Below are positions 14,239 to 26,730 of a stretch of 64,000 nt of DNA, in pieces (the stretch's first letter is position 1; the number at the start of each line of letters is the position of its first letter). The position numbers were made by a program, and so were the translations under genes. The notes under the pieces were generated by a model, which was given only the letters and a program-made list of their open reading frames with translations, was not told the DNA's origin and did not search any database. Origin of the DNA: the human T2T-CHM13v2.0 reference genome, Homo sapiens; assembly GCF_009914755.1 (NCBI RefSeq), contig NC_060934.1; one strand, written 5' to 3'.

Positions 14239-14412
14239 TAAATACCCTATTAATAAAATAATATGACTAAATCAAATAAAATGAAAACTACTAGCTACAT
14301 TTATTGGAAGTTTACTGGGTAGCAATAAATACCCTATTAATAAAACGATATGACTAAATCAAATAAAATGAAAACTACTAGCTACATTTATTCAAAGTTT
14401 ACTGGGTAGCAA
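14239..14412. repeat. 87-bp direct tandem duplication (2 copies)
   Basis: 14239-14325 versus 14326-14412, 83/87 identical. Confidence 0.95.
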
Positions 14413-15084
14413 CACTGTGCTATGATTTCCAACCATCACAATTATCTGTCAAGGTAGAGATTATCATCTCCTTTTACACGTGGGGACACTGAGTTGTAAA
14501 GATTCACTAAAATGTTCCAATTTAAACAGATACGATGTGCTCAGTTTAAAATTCAAATTGACTCCAAACTTTTTATTTTTTTTTTACTGTAACATACCAG
14601 GCTGCTTCCTAACCCTTTATTGAAATTGCCTAGAAGAATAGCAGAGATGAGTCCTAAAGTACTACTTCCCTTTGGCACACTTAAAACTGGGAAGAATTTA
14701 AGAGGGATTGTGCTAGAGGTAGCATGTGAAAGTTCCCTAGAAAGATGATGCATTTAGATATGCGAGAGGAAGAAAGACCCTCAATCTCTTTCTGGGACTC
14801 ACACAGCCCCAGGCTCCTTGTCCATTGCATTTCATTGTCTCTGATCCAGTGTACAACCTGCCTCCAGGAGATGTTCCAACTGACCGGCTCCTTCATGGAG
14901 TCACAGAAATTATCGAACTGGGGATAGAATTACATGACTCATTTATTTTTCTCAAGATCAGCTCTAAGTATTCAGGGCAAAAATAGCAAGCATTGAATAC
15001 TGTTACCATTTCCTTACATGTGCAATGAATTTTTAAATACATCTATATTTTTTGGCTGAAAAATATTTGCCAATCATGGTAATA

Positions 15085-15290
15085 ACCTAGCTTTTACTGA
15101 ACTCCTAATATGTGTTTGGTACTGTTTTGGGCATGCTACATATGTCAACGTATCTAATTCTAACAAGAACCCTGTGAAATAGAGATTATGTTCATTTTAC
15201 CAAGGGGAGACTGAGGTTCAGAGTCCAGCATCATATCAGTTATAAATCAGAGTGCAAACTCAGGAGCTCAGGTCCATCTGACTCTAATAC
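15085..15290 (-). mobile_element. MIR
   Basis: cattttaccaaggggagactgaggttcagag MIR core. Confidence 0.65.
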
Positions 15291-15667
15291 CCTTACTTTG
15301 TTTATTACATTATTTTGCCTTTCAAGACACGAAATTTTTACTAACTGGCTTCTTCCTGTTTTGCTAACTTAAGTACCCACACAGAAGCAGGGTTCTTCTC
15401 CCAGGAAATCAGCTCCCTTGGGTAGAGAATTATCCAACACAGTAATTGGTGCCTAAAATTGCAGGTGTATTCCCAATTCATGAGCACTGAAAGTAGAAAA
15501 ACAAACTTAGCAAGCAGATAAATTAAGGGCCACTATTTACTTCACAAAAGGATTCTGCCTTTTGCAAAAGACTGAAATCCAGTTTCAATGTATTTCATTT
15601 TTGCTAATAAAGAATTTATCAGTGTCCTGGGCAAATGGTAATCAATTTGCCTGCCATGACAATTTCC

Positions 15668-16043
15668 TGTTATTTAGTTCATTTTCACACTGCTAATAAA
15701 AACATCCCCAAGATTGGGTAATTTATAAAGGAAAGAGGTTTCATTGACTCACAGTTCAGCACTGCTGGAGAGGCCTCAGGAAACTTACAATCATGGTGGA
15801 AGGGGAAGCAAACATGTCCTTCTTCACATGGCGGCAGGAAGAAGTACCCAGCAAAAGGGGGAAAATCCCCCTTATAAAACCATCAGATCTTGTGAGAACT
15901 CGCTATCACAAGAACACATGGGGGTAACCGCCTCCGTGATTAAATTACCTCCCACTGGGTCCCCCCCCCATGACATGTGGGGATTATGCGAACTACAATT
16001 CAAGGTGAGATTTGTGTGGGAACACAGAGCCAAACCATATAAT
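15668..16043 (-). mobile_element. THE1 (THE1C/D-like) MaLR solo LTR
   Basis: ttcacactgctaataaa...gactcacagttc...ggcctcaggaaacttacaatcatgg...ataaaaccatcagatcttgtgagaact...acagagccaaaccatat. Confidence 0.92.
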
Positions 16044-16490
16044 CACAGAGCCAAACCATATATATAATCTTCCCATTTCTCTGCCTGGGCAATGGAAACA
16101 TTTGGTGGCTAGTGATTTGACCCCTGGTCACAGCTGATTGTCATGATGGACAATCTGATCCAAGCTGATTAGATTCTCTCCTGAGGCTGTTAGGGAGCCC
16201 AGAGATTGAGCTGGATTGTGCTAAGCATTGGAGCAAGAACAAAGTCAGGGCAGCTATAGCTCCATGGCAACCCCAAACCATGCACAAGCCAGTGTTCTTG
16301 GAAAGCAATAACAAAGATAAATCAATATATAGGATGAGAGGGTGGGAGGGAACAGTACTTAACAGACACAAGAGGCCATGCCACTCCAAAGAGCCAGAGC
16401 CAGAAAGAGCTGCTGACTGACATTTGCTAAGTGATAACTTTCGACTTCTGGAAAACCCGACTGTATTTCCTGAAATTAGGTTCTGTGAGA

Positions 16491-17014
16491 TGTCAACTGA
16501 AATTAAGGCTGTTCAGGCAGAAATAATTTGATAAAGGGTTATTGGAAGCTAGATGGGAAGATCGACCTGGGAAGACACAACAACAAAGTTGGGCACATTC
16601 CAAAGTCTATTACAAGTTGAAATGCTTTTATAGGAAAAGGAGAAGTTTAGGAGAAGGAAGATGGACTCCTATCAGAGTTGCCTTTTTTCACTGGAGAATA
16701 CAATACAGAGGTTACAATCATCGGCTACAGATGACAACATACAAGCTAAAATGTCCTATGTTCAAGACAATCGGTACAACTTCATGATTCAGAAACAAAT
16801 CAGCAAAACTTCATAAATCAGAAACAAATCAGCATCCTTTTTGTTGTCAGTAGTTTACTGATTCATTAGTGTATCAATAGTTTGAGGAACTCATAAGATT
16901 TGAGGGACTCACGGTAAGATTCTTTACTCAGGGACAGGATATAAGCCATGAATCTTAACACCTTCCCCAGGCGATTCACTTAGAAATCTGCCAAATGTGA
17001 CCTGTATGTTATCA
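16491..17014 (-). mobile_element. ERV1-class solo LTR (subfamily not identified)
   Basis: 524-bp TG...CA unit flanked by a 4-bp direct repeat gaga; reverse-strand TATA-like cctataaaag and polyA-like signal. Confidence 0.6.
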
Positions 17015-17071
17015 GAGATTTCCCTGATTTATTACCATTTATTTCTCTTTATTTAAGCAGTTTTCAGGCAA

Positions 17072-17367
17072 TGTAGTAGTTATCTATTGCTATGTAACAA
17101 AGTATCCCAAAATGTAGCATTTTAAAACAATATTACTTACTATCTCTCACAGTTTCTGAAGGTTAGGAATTCAGAGTGGCTTAGCTGAGTGGTTCTGATT
17201 CAAAGTTTCTCATAAAGTTACAGTCAAGTTGCGCTATTGGCTGGGTCTCCAATCATTTCAAGGCTCGACTGGAGCTGGAAAGTCTACTTCTAAGCTTATT
17301 CACATAGTTTTGTCAGGACTTATGTCTTTGCTGGCTGCTTTCCCCAGAGAGAAAAAGACAGACAGAA

Positions 17368-17433
<66 letters not shown>

Positions 17434-17555
17434 ACAGAGAAAGTAAGAAAGAAAGACGGGGGAGGGAGGGAGGGAGAAAGAGAGAGAGAAAGAAAGAAAG
17501 AAAAGAAAGAAAGAGAGAGAGAGATAGAAAGAAAGAGAGAAAGAAAGAGAGAGAG

Positions 17556-17594
<39 letters not shown>

Positions 17595-17599
17595 AAAAG

Positions 17600-17630
<31 letters not shown>

Positions 17631-17937
17631 AAGAAAGAGAAAGAAAGAAAGAAAAGAGAGACAGACAGGGAGAGAGGGAGGCAGGAGAGGGAAGTGGGGG
17701 AGGGAAGGAGGGAGGGAGGGGGAGAAGGGGGAGAGAGAGAGAGAGACCGACCAAAGAGACCAAGGTGAAAGCCACAATCTTTAATAACTGAATCCCAGAA
17801 GTGACATACATTATTTCTGCCATATGCAATTGTACACACAAACCAACCCTGGTACACTATGAAAAAGGGACTATCTAAGGCGATATGTAAAAGGAGGAAG
17901 ACATCATTAGCAACCCTCTTGGTGTCTATATACTATA
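17072..17937 (-). mobile_element. MLT1F-like MaLR LTR containing a large compound microsatellite
   Basis: tagttatctattgctatgtaacaa...tctcacagtttctg...gtggcttagctgagtggttctg...cccagaagtgaca. Confidence 0.75.
17346..17750. repeat. Compound (GA)n/(CA)n/(GAAA)n/(GGA)n microsatellite
   Basis: Directly visible; about 290 bp (17460-17746) is almost pure purine on the + strand. Confidence 0.98.
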
Positions 17938-18744
17938 GGAAGATCTCTGTTTCAAGTAATCAAAGAATCTCAACCAAAACATTAGGCATACATAAATGGA
18001 GGTAGACTTTCAGCAGTATCAGTTGAAATCCAAAGTCCAGTAAGAAATCGGAATATGAGTAGAAAGAGATTTCTAAGCACTAAAAAATTTCAACAAAGCC
18101 TTTGCATTAGACTCACGTGGATAGTCAGATCACTCTTGGATCATTAGCAATTTGCACAGAAAACAAATAGATTTAAAGCAATAAAAGAGGACACTTACTG
18201 AATGCCTTACAGCATTAAAAGGGTACAGAAGAATCACCAAAGCAGGGTTCTTTGGGTCTCTTTAGTATTGAAACAAAAAACTCAGAAGATGTATCAGTCA
18301 GGGAAGGCAAAGTTATGCTGCAATAACAAAAACACAAACAAAAGAAGTTTTGTGGTTTAAAACAACTAACACTACACATCCATTTGTGGGCTACCTGCAC
18401 TCTGCACTCTACTGTTTATTGTTGTCATTCTTACTCTAGGATCAGGGCTAAAAGAGCAACCTCAGTCTAGAATAGTCCAGTTGCTGTGCCAAAGGGAAAC
18501 GTGGACATGACAAAGCATGTTCTGTATAGACCAAGACTTGTATCAATGAGATTTTCCTGTTTTTGATTTTTAAGAAAGCAGATATAATTAATTAAACCAA
18601 TACTGTTTAGAGTCACAAGTTTTTGCCCCCACCTATAATGTGATGCCATTTACATTTTGTCAGGAGTATGAGGTTACATAGCTACTGAGGAAGCAGAGTG
18701 TTTCCTATGGATGTGCATTGCTCCATCTGGAGGGTGGAAGAGGC

Positions 18745-19000
18745 AATGTAGCGCTGTGGTGAAGAATAAGCCCTAGAGCCAGATCCATCAGGTTCCTCTC
18801 CTGGCTCACCTTTACTAGCCCTGTGACTGTGAGCGAGTCACTTACCTGCTGGATCTTGGTTCCCCATTAATGGAAGGGACTCATATCAATAGCAACTATG
18901 TCTTAGAATTGATAGGAAGATACAACTGCAACTTAATGAAGGCATGTGGAATGCTTAGAACAGGTTCTGACACAGAATCCGTGCTTGCCAAACGTTACCT
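18745..19000 (+). mobile_element. MIR
   Basis: gtagcgctgtggtgaagaa...tactagccctgtgactgtgagcgagtcactta...gaatgcttagaacag. Confidence 0.65.
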
Positions 19001-19679
19001 GCTGCTGTTTTCTGGGTCTGCCTTTCAATAGGTAACTTACTCCCATCCCAGAAATCCCTAAATCTCAAAGCTAGAAGCAGCATGTTCTCCCTTTCTCCCA
19101 AATACAAATGAGGAAGAAAGAGATAAAGATAAGTAAATAAGGTTTTTCAACCAGTAAGAACCACACAAGGAAATGAAAGGGTACCAGGAGAGACTGCTGT
19201 TGATTCTTCATTTGTACAGAGAAAGTTCAAATCGTCCCCATATTCTCTAGTACCTCCTCTATTTCACTTCCATTGTAAGAACTTTCACGATGCTCTTTAA
19301 TGCTAATAGGATCAAATGCAAAATCCTCAGCCTAATCTTTAAGGACTTTCACAGGCTGGGTACTGACTACCTATACCAGCCTTACCCGTAATAATTTCTT
19401 ACATATATTAACTGCTTTGGAGACACTGGCCTCCTCAACCTTCTCTAAGCTCACGATCCATTTTTCTGCATCCTTTTTTTGCCACTCCTCTTCCCTCTTC
19501 AATCTTTCCAAATCTCACTCATGTTTCAAAGGCCCACCTTAAACTATCTGCTCCATGCAGCCAGTCACTGAACATGCACTCATAAATGGTTGCTTCTATT
19601 TCTGAATTCCTGTCTCTTTGGGCAACTTATTAATTCATTTGTTCACTCAATTCAACTATTATTAGCAATTGATAATTTT

Positions 19680-20450
19680 CCTTCTGATTAAAAAAGTTAG
19701 AATTCTACACCACACACAAAAATAAATTCCAGATGGATTAAAAAGCTAACCAGAGTGAATAGGCAATTCTTTAGAGACAGAAAATAGATTAGTGGTTGCC
19801 GGGGACTAGGGAGTTGAGGGGAAATCAGAAGTGACTGCTAATGAGTAAGAGGTTTCCCTCTGGGATGATGAAAATGTTTTGAAACTGATTGTGGTGAGGG
19901 TTGCCCAATCCTATAAATATACTAAAAACACTGAATGGTACACTTTAATAGGTAAATTGTACGGAATTTGCATTATACATTTGTTAAATATTAAAAGGGT
20001 ATATTTTTTCAAACTTCTGAACAAAGCTAACTAGAAACAAATACTTATGATTCGTGCACTTTTGTGTGTGTGTTACACATCAATAAAAAGTTTATTCTTA
20101 AAACTTTAATTGGATAAAAAGAGACTTATAAAATTCCTAGGACACATTGCAGGAAAACATTTTTTAATAATACTTGGATGGTAGGGACCCTTCTCAGTGT
20201 GGCAAAATACCCAAAAGCCATAAAAGAAAAAAATAACATGCCACATTTTACTACCTGTACAGGACATTAAATTACCTATTGGTAAATAACACCATAAAAA
20301 CTTAAAAAAAACAGAAGGGAATCTTTACTATATGTATATGAACATATATATACACACGTAATGTATAACTATTAAGAATTTAATGTTCCTAATATAAAAA
20401 GAGATCTTATAAACCAATAAAAATTACAAACAACAAAATATTAAAAAAGC
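19680..20450 (+). mobile_element. L1MB/L1ME fragments
   Basis: agagacagaaaatagattagtggttgcc...gtgactgctaatgag...gatgaaaatgttttgaaactgattgtggtga. Confidence 0.75.
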
Positions 20451-20644
20451 CAAGAAATGAATGAGAGATATGAATGGCATCAACCAAGAAAAAAGTACGT
20501 CGCTTGCAACCGCTGGGAAGGCTCTATGCCACCCATCTCCTCAATTCAGTGCCTAACACAGCGTCTCCTATGTAGTGAGGTTCACGCATTTATCAAAAAC
20601 AACATTCTTATTTTGTCTTCCTCAAGGTTTAATTTGCCCTGTGA

Positions 20645-21109
<465 letters not shown>

Positions 21110-22759
21110 TAAAGATTATTTTTCTCTTGATATATTGCTGCAGCCCAAACAATTCTCTTCCCTCACACACTGCGAATTATGCGTGATCTGCTGAGAACAA
21201 GTGGGTTAACATTTCAATTTATTACGAGAGTGGGGGATATGGGTACTTAGCATTTTCATCAGGAATTCCGTCCTTGGCGTAACATGCAAAATGATTATGC
21301 TTTCAGGAACTTAAAGTAATTACCTCAGGCAAAAAATAGAAATTCCCATTTCTTAATGAAAATACTAGAGTTCTAAGCTACTACTAAATTGGTTTCAGTA
21401 CCATGCTTCCCTCTTAAATAGCATTTGAAGAAAAAAATGCACAATTTCTTATCAATTCTAAGAAATAAAAGAAAATTCTTAGTCTTGATTAACCACAATA
21501 ACATGATGAGAGCTTACAAAGAACTGTGACGTGAATTTTTTTCTGTCTTGTGCGGAAGATTTTAATGAAAAAAAATTCTCTCAGGAAATGGATTTCTTAC
21601 CCTTAATTTCCTCACCAGCTACTGAGTTTGAGAGAAGCACTGAAGTCAAAGGATGGAGTCTCGAATCACCATGCTTTCCCCACACAATACAGTCTACATT
21701 TAAGGTCTGTTTACAAACCAACTGAAAGCCTTATGGGCACGTGAAATACCACAGGGACAAAGCCCTTCTAGAAGCTGTTCTTCTTCCATGCTCCTACAGC
21801 ACCATAAACCCTGTCACCCAGACGAAAACACTGGTCCTTCCAGAATCCTCCCTCCCTTTCCCTCACCACCCAACCAGTCATGCACTGAGAGTTTGCCAGC
21901 AAGAAATTTCTCAACCCCCTCCAGATTATCACTATTCTTACCAGCTGTGGTTATTGTCCTTATCATTTGTCACGTGGACTTTTGCAGAAGTCTTCTAATG
22001 GGTCTCTTTGAAGCTGACCCCCTCAAACCCCTTAACTCCCCATTCCACTCCCCACCCCACCCCCCACCCCAAATGCAAATCCAACCTTGGCATTCTACTC
22101 AATAAACTGTTCAAAATTCTCCTTAGCTAAGGCTCCATCCAAGCTTTGGCATCACCATTACAACCCTCCACAACCTGCACCCCACCTGCTTCTCCAGCCT
22201 CTTCTCTCTCCACTGCTTCCTCACAGTGGATATTCCAGTCTCCACAAGCTCTTTGAGGCATGAGATACACGTCATACTTTGCCGCATATTCGTCATTGCT
22301 GGTAGAAAAATCTGTGCCTATAGAACAGCACTTCCCCTGGCCACATCCTATACATCCTTCGATATTCCCAAGCCCCCAAATTTATCTAAGTTCTCTTATC
22401 ACTCTTTTACCTCCACGACAGCACCTACTTCATCCAGTTGAAATAGCCTGCACAGATGTCTGCTTCCTTTACTAGAATATTCACTATTAGGGCAAGGAAG
22501 CCTGCCTTCGTCAACCTTGTATTATCAACAGCTGACAAAAATGTCTGCTCCAAAGAAGACTTGCAACAGTTACATATTACACATAACTGAATTGGGAAAA
22601 TATCTCTGTGTCCTTTCCCCTCAGCAAGTATTAGTAAGGCACTTACTTAAGTATGGAGCAGTTCTTCCTTTCCAGAAAGCAGAGTTTCCTGCATACCTTC
22701 AAGGCAGTCCTGTCCCCTCAGAGGCACTTTCCTTGTAAGATCCAATGAGTTGTCTATAT

Positions 22760-22935
22760 TACTAATTTTCAAAACTGATGGCCCATTAGAATTACCTGGA
22801 AGGCTTTAAAAATATTCGTACGCCCAGTCCCAATCCTGGACCACTGAAATCAGAATCTCTAGGGGTAATTCTTAGGCTGTTTTTAGCAAGTTTTCCAGGT
22901 GATGGTAATGTGAAGTCAAGGCTGAGAAACACAAG
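22760..22935. mobile_element. MER5A-like hAT MITE
   Basis: cattagaattacctggaaggctttaaaaata...actgaaatcagaatctctagggg...ccaggtgat...ggctgagaaaca. Confidence 0.75.
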
Positions 22936-22939
22936 CCTA

Positions 22940-23800
22940 CCTAGAAAGTAAAACAATGGAGAGCGGAGACAGCTCTCCAAACAGTACCACCTTGGGCAGC
23001 AAGCAAGGCCCTTTCCCAGGGATACACACTTTGGAGTCTTTTTCTGAAAAATTTCTGAGCTCCATTCAGATGCCTAGAATTGGTGCAGACCAGCAACACC
23101 ATCCTAGGCAGGAAGCTCCAAAACCAAACCAGGACCCACATGGATCCCAGTAACCCCATGTAAGAGGTTGACCAGATGCCCTAAGGAGCTACATAACTCA
23201 CACATATGGGTCATCCTAGCGTTTAGGACGCTCCTACTGATTGCCATATTTCTTTCACAGGATAACATAAGATTGGGTCAGCAGAATGGTGTTAACATGT
23301 TTATTTTGAGTGACTCACTCACAGCAAACAATGGTTGAGTTCAGGACTCTGGGCTGCCCAATGGTCCACTGCCAACTCTTAGGTTTAGACTTGGTGTGCA
23401 AGCCTGGTGTGCACTGGCTTTCCTTAACGCGAGTTGCCACCTTCAGTCCACAGTATCCGGGTGACAGGGGTGGGTAATGCCAGGCATTCTATATCCTGAG
23501 CATCCCCTATTGTTGGCACCTATGGCAGTTACTCTGCCTCTTCCAAAGTTTCCATGCCATATGGTAGGCAGTCTATGGGGAGTGGCTGCACCTCCTGAGG
23601 GCATTTGAAATTGTTGCTCCAAAAATTCTACAAGCCCCTCCAATTAATGTCCTCTCTTGCCTCTGACTGATGGGGTAATGTTGTACCCTCTTGGGTCAGT
23701 CTGAAGGCGTGCCAGACAAGAAACAGACATTCCTTACATAAATGGAACTACTACTTTCAGTCCACCAGTGGGCCCCTGGTGAGGGCCCAGAATATGGTCA
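22940..23800 (-). mobile_element. Ancient LTR element (Gypsy-like or ERVL), LTR plus start of internal region
   Basis: Reverse strand has aataaa followed about 40 nt later by tggcaatcagtagga, resembling a decayed tRNA-Ser PBS; GC content above the flanks. Confidence 0.35.
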
Positions 23801-24011
23801 ACATTAAAAGAGATCACATATTCTTTCAGCATATAGCCTAAAGAGTTTAAGAAAAGAGAGCTGGAAAATATGTTGTTCTTATAAATTTTACATTATAAAA
23901 TTCTGAATGGTGAACTTATCTCAAATAGAAAATGAATTATCATTCATATTTTCCTAGATACTCCAAGCAAGACTTGCATTTGTGATCATCATTTAAAAAG
24001 CACCTTAACAA

Positions 24012-24379
24012 TCTATTTTAGTCCATTTTGCGTTGCTAATAACAGAATATCATGGACTCAGTAATTGTAAAGGAAAGAAACTTACTTATCAGAGTCTTGG
24101 AGGCTGGTGCCAACATCAAGGTGCCAGCATCTGGCAAGAGTTTTCTTGCCACATCATCCTATGGCAAAAGGGAAAGAGGGTGTGAGAGACAGAGAGAGCA
24201 AGAGGGGTTCCAAATTCACTTTTATAACTAACCCACTCCCATGAGAATGGCATTAATCCATTTATGAGGGAAGAGCCATCAGGACCTAATCACCTATTAG
24301 GCTAGCCCCACCTCCCAATAATCCAACATTGGTGGTTTTCTAACACATGAATTTTGGGGGCCACATTCAAACCACAGCA
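24012..24379 (-). mobile_element. MST (MSTC/D-like) MaLR LTR
   Basis: ttagtccattttgcgttgct...catcaaggtgccagcatctgg...gcattaatccatttatgagggaagagcc...cacattcaaaccacagca. Confidence 0.85.
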
Positions 24380-24651
24380 CAATCTAGAGAGCCATTGGAA
24401 GTCAGTATTCACAGGCAGACTGACAGATGAGGCAGTGTCATGAGCAATGATAGAGCCAGCAGGAAATAAGTCATATTAGGGAATGGCAGAGGCCAGAAGT
24501 TCCACACTGATTTAATACAGACAGTTTCTAAAGAACCATGGCATGGTGAGTAATAACGTTACCACCTTTTTCTTTCTCAGTAGGACTTAGAAAATTAGCC
24601 AGGAATGGTTCATTTGACAGGAAAGAATATGAAGAAATTGTTTCAGGCCTG

Positions 24652-24694
<43 letters not shown>

Positions 24695-25229
24695 GCGTCT
24701 GAATACTGTGAAGAATCTTCATGCACTCTTTGAACAATAAACAAATTGTTGTCTCTTTTCTACCCATTATTCTAAATCTTTATAAATGTGTCACTACAAT
24801 GCACATGGGCCCATGACTTTTGTAACACATTCTTTTTGGCCCTGTCCCCAGATTATTCAAAAGGGAGAAAAACACATCTTAAGAAATTTGAATTTTGGTA
24901 AATCCCATTATACTTTGCTTAAACTTCATTTACAACCCTGAAATGTGGCTTCTCCAACTGACTGAGCTCCTAGGGTTCAGTGGGTGGTAAGTTGAGGACA
25001 TGTTATTCATCCTTGTTTTGCCAGAAACAGACACCATGACACATAGCAGGTGTTCACATAAATGTTTGCTGAACGAACAATGCCTTCTTTGTACTTTTGA
25101 TCTTTGTCTTTGTAAGATTAAGAATATCCCACTTAATTGCATTTATGAAACATTTCTGATTTTTATTTTTAACTAGAGTATAGACTTTCTGGTTTACAAA
25201 GCACTGTAGATGAATTATCTCATCAGCCA

Positions 25230-26730
25230 GGAAACATTTCCTGAGCCTTATTATGTGTCAGGTTCTTGGAGACAAAGATGAAAAGTCACTGATCTCCAGG
25301 AACTGAAATTTCAGTGGAAGTAGTAGTCAGTCTAACATGATAAGGGCAGCCTGTTAAGGGCTACAACATAGGCTTCAACATCAACTGTGTGACTGAAACA
25401 CACGAGTGACACTCAAAGTGATGGTAGATGAAGTCGAAGAGGCTGGCAGGAGCCCAATCACGTAAGACATGTGTTCTTCCAACACACCAAGCTTTTTCCT
25501 ACTTTACAGCCACAATGTTTGCTCTTCTCTCTTCCTGGAACACACCACTGCCTCCCAGACTTTCATGTGGCTGGCTCAGGCCTCCTGCCCCGTGTCAGTT
25601 CCTTAGGAATGACTTCCCTGACCACTAATTCAAAAGTAGCCTCCCATCCTCACCTCCTATCTATGATTCACTTTATTATTTTTTTTTTTTTACTTCAGAG
25701 AACTTTCTAAAACTGCTTTACATATAAACATAAATAGATTGTAACTTGTCTTTTGTTGGTCTTCCACATTATATATTCTGGGAGTCAAGGATCTTGAGTA
25801 GCTGGTTCACTGCTATAACTCCAGAATCTAAGAGAGCACCTACCAATAGTAAATTCTGAGTAAATGGTTTCTGAATAAATTAATGGCAATGGGTTGCATG
25901 ATCAAAGCCAAAGGTATCAAGGCTGCATGTGGATATTAGAGTATGAGACATCTGGAGGAAATCTAAAGCTAGAACAAGCTGGAAAAGTAGTTACACCCAG
26001 CCCTGTGAAGGTATTTGAATATGCTACAAGGTTTGAACTCGATCATATAAGGGATAGGATACCCAAAAATATTTGGAGCAAAAAAAAATGATAACAAGAT
26101 CTGTGTTTTAGGGAGATTAATTACATGGTAATGTTGAGAATGTCTTGGAGAAAGGTTGAAAACTGCATGCAAAGAATCCAGCTGGGAGCCAAAAATCCAG
26201 ACATAAGCAAATAAAGTCAGAGACATTGGGAAGAAGGGAGAGAAGACTGATTTGAGAGGCATAAGGGAAGAACTCACCCATTGATTGTACGGTAAGAGAT
26301 TAAAATGATGGACACTGACTGAGTATATAGTAGGTGCTTGATAAGTGCTAATTAAATAAGTGAGCCCGGCTTGGATGACTTAGTACATGGTGATGTAATT
26401 GACCAAATCAGAATGTGTCAGGGCATGAGCAAGTGTGGTGGAAAAGATAGTAAGTGCAGCTGTGGACATACTGTATTTGATCTGCCCATAATATGTCCAG
26501 GTGCAGAAGGTACAGACACGAAGCTTAGGAGAGAGGTTAGGTCTGGAAATATGAATGGATGGCCACCAGCTATAGGTAATTTCTCAAAGGTGGTAAAAGA
26601 AGATAATTGATTATTGACTATTGGGGCATGTTATATGTAAGTAGTCAGAAAAAAGAGAACTAGGAGGAAGGGCTAAGGAAGAGTGGCCAGGAAGGAAAAA
26701 CAGGCAAGAATTCAGGACTTTAGGAGTCAA
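25230..26730. mobile_element. Several L2 fragments
   Basis: L2-like segments such as gaatgacttccctgaccact, ctgggagtcaaggatctt and gagagaggttaggtctggaaat. Confidence 0.5.

Noticed and set aside
17229-17857. Longest ORFs in the track (154-185 aa, RKE-rich or SLF-rich)
   Set aside because: They are translations of the GA/GAAA microsatellite, which lacks stop codons.
22941-23159. ORF with faint resemblance to bornavirus nucleoprotein (GAQKFFRKRL vs GAEQIKKRF) and to a Gypsy RNase H motif
   Set aside because: Only a few residues match, the spacing is wrong, and flanking frames show no further similarity; treated as chance.
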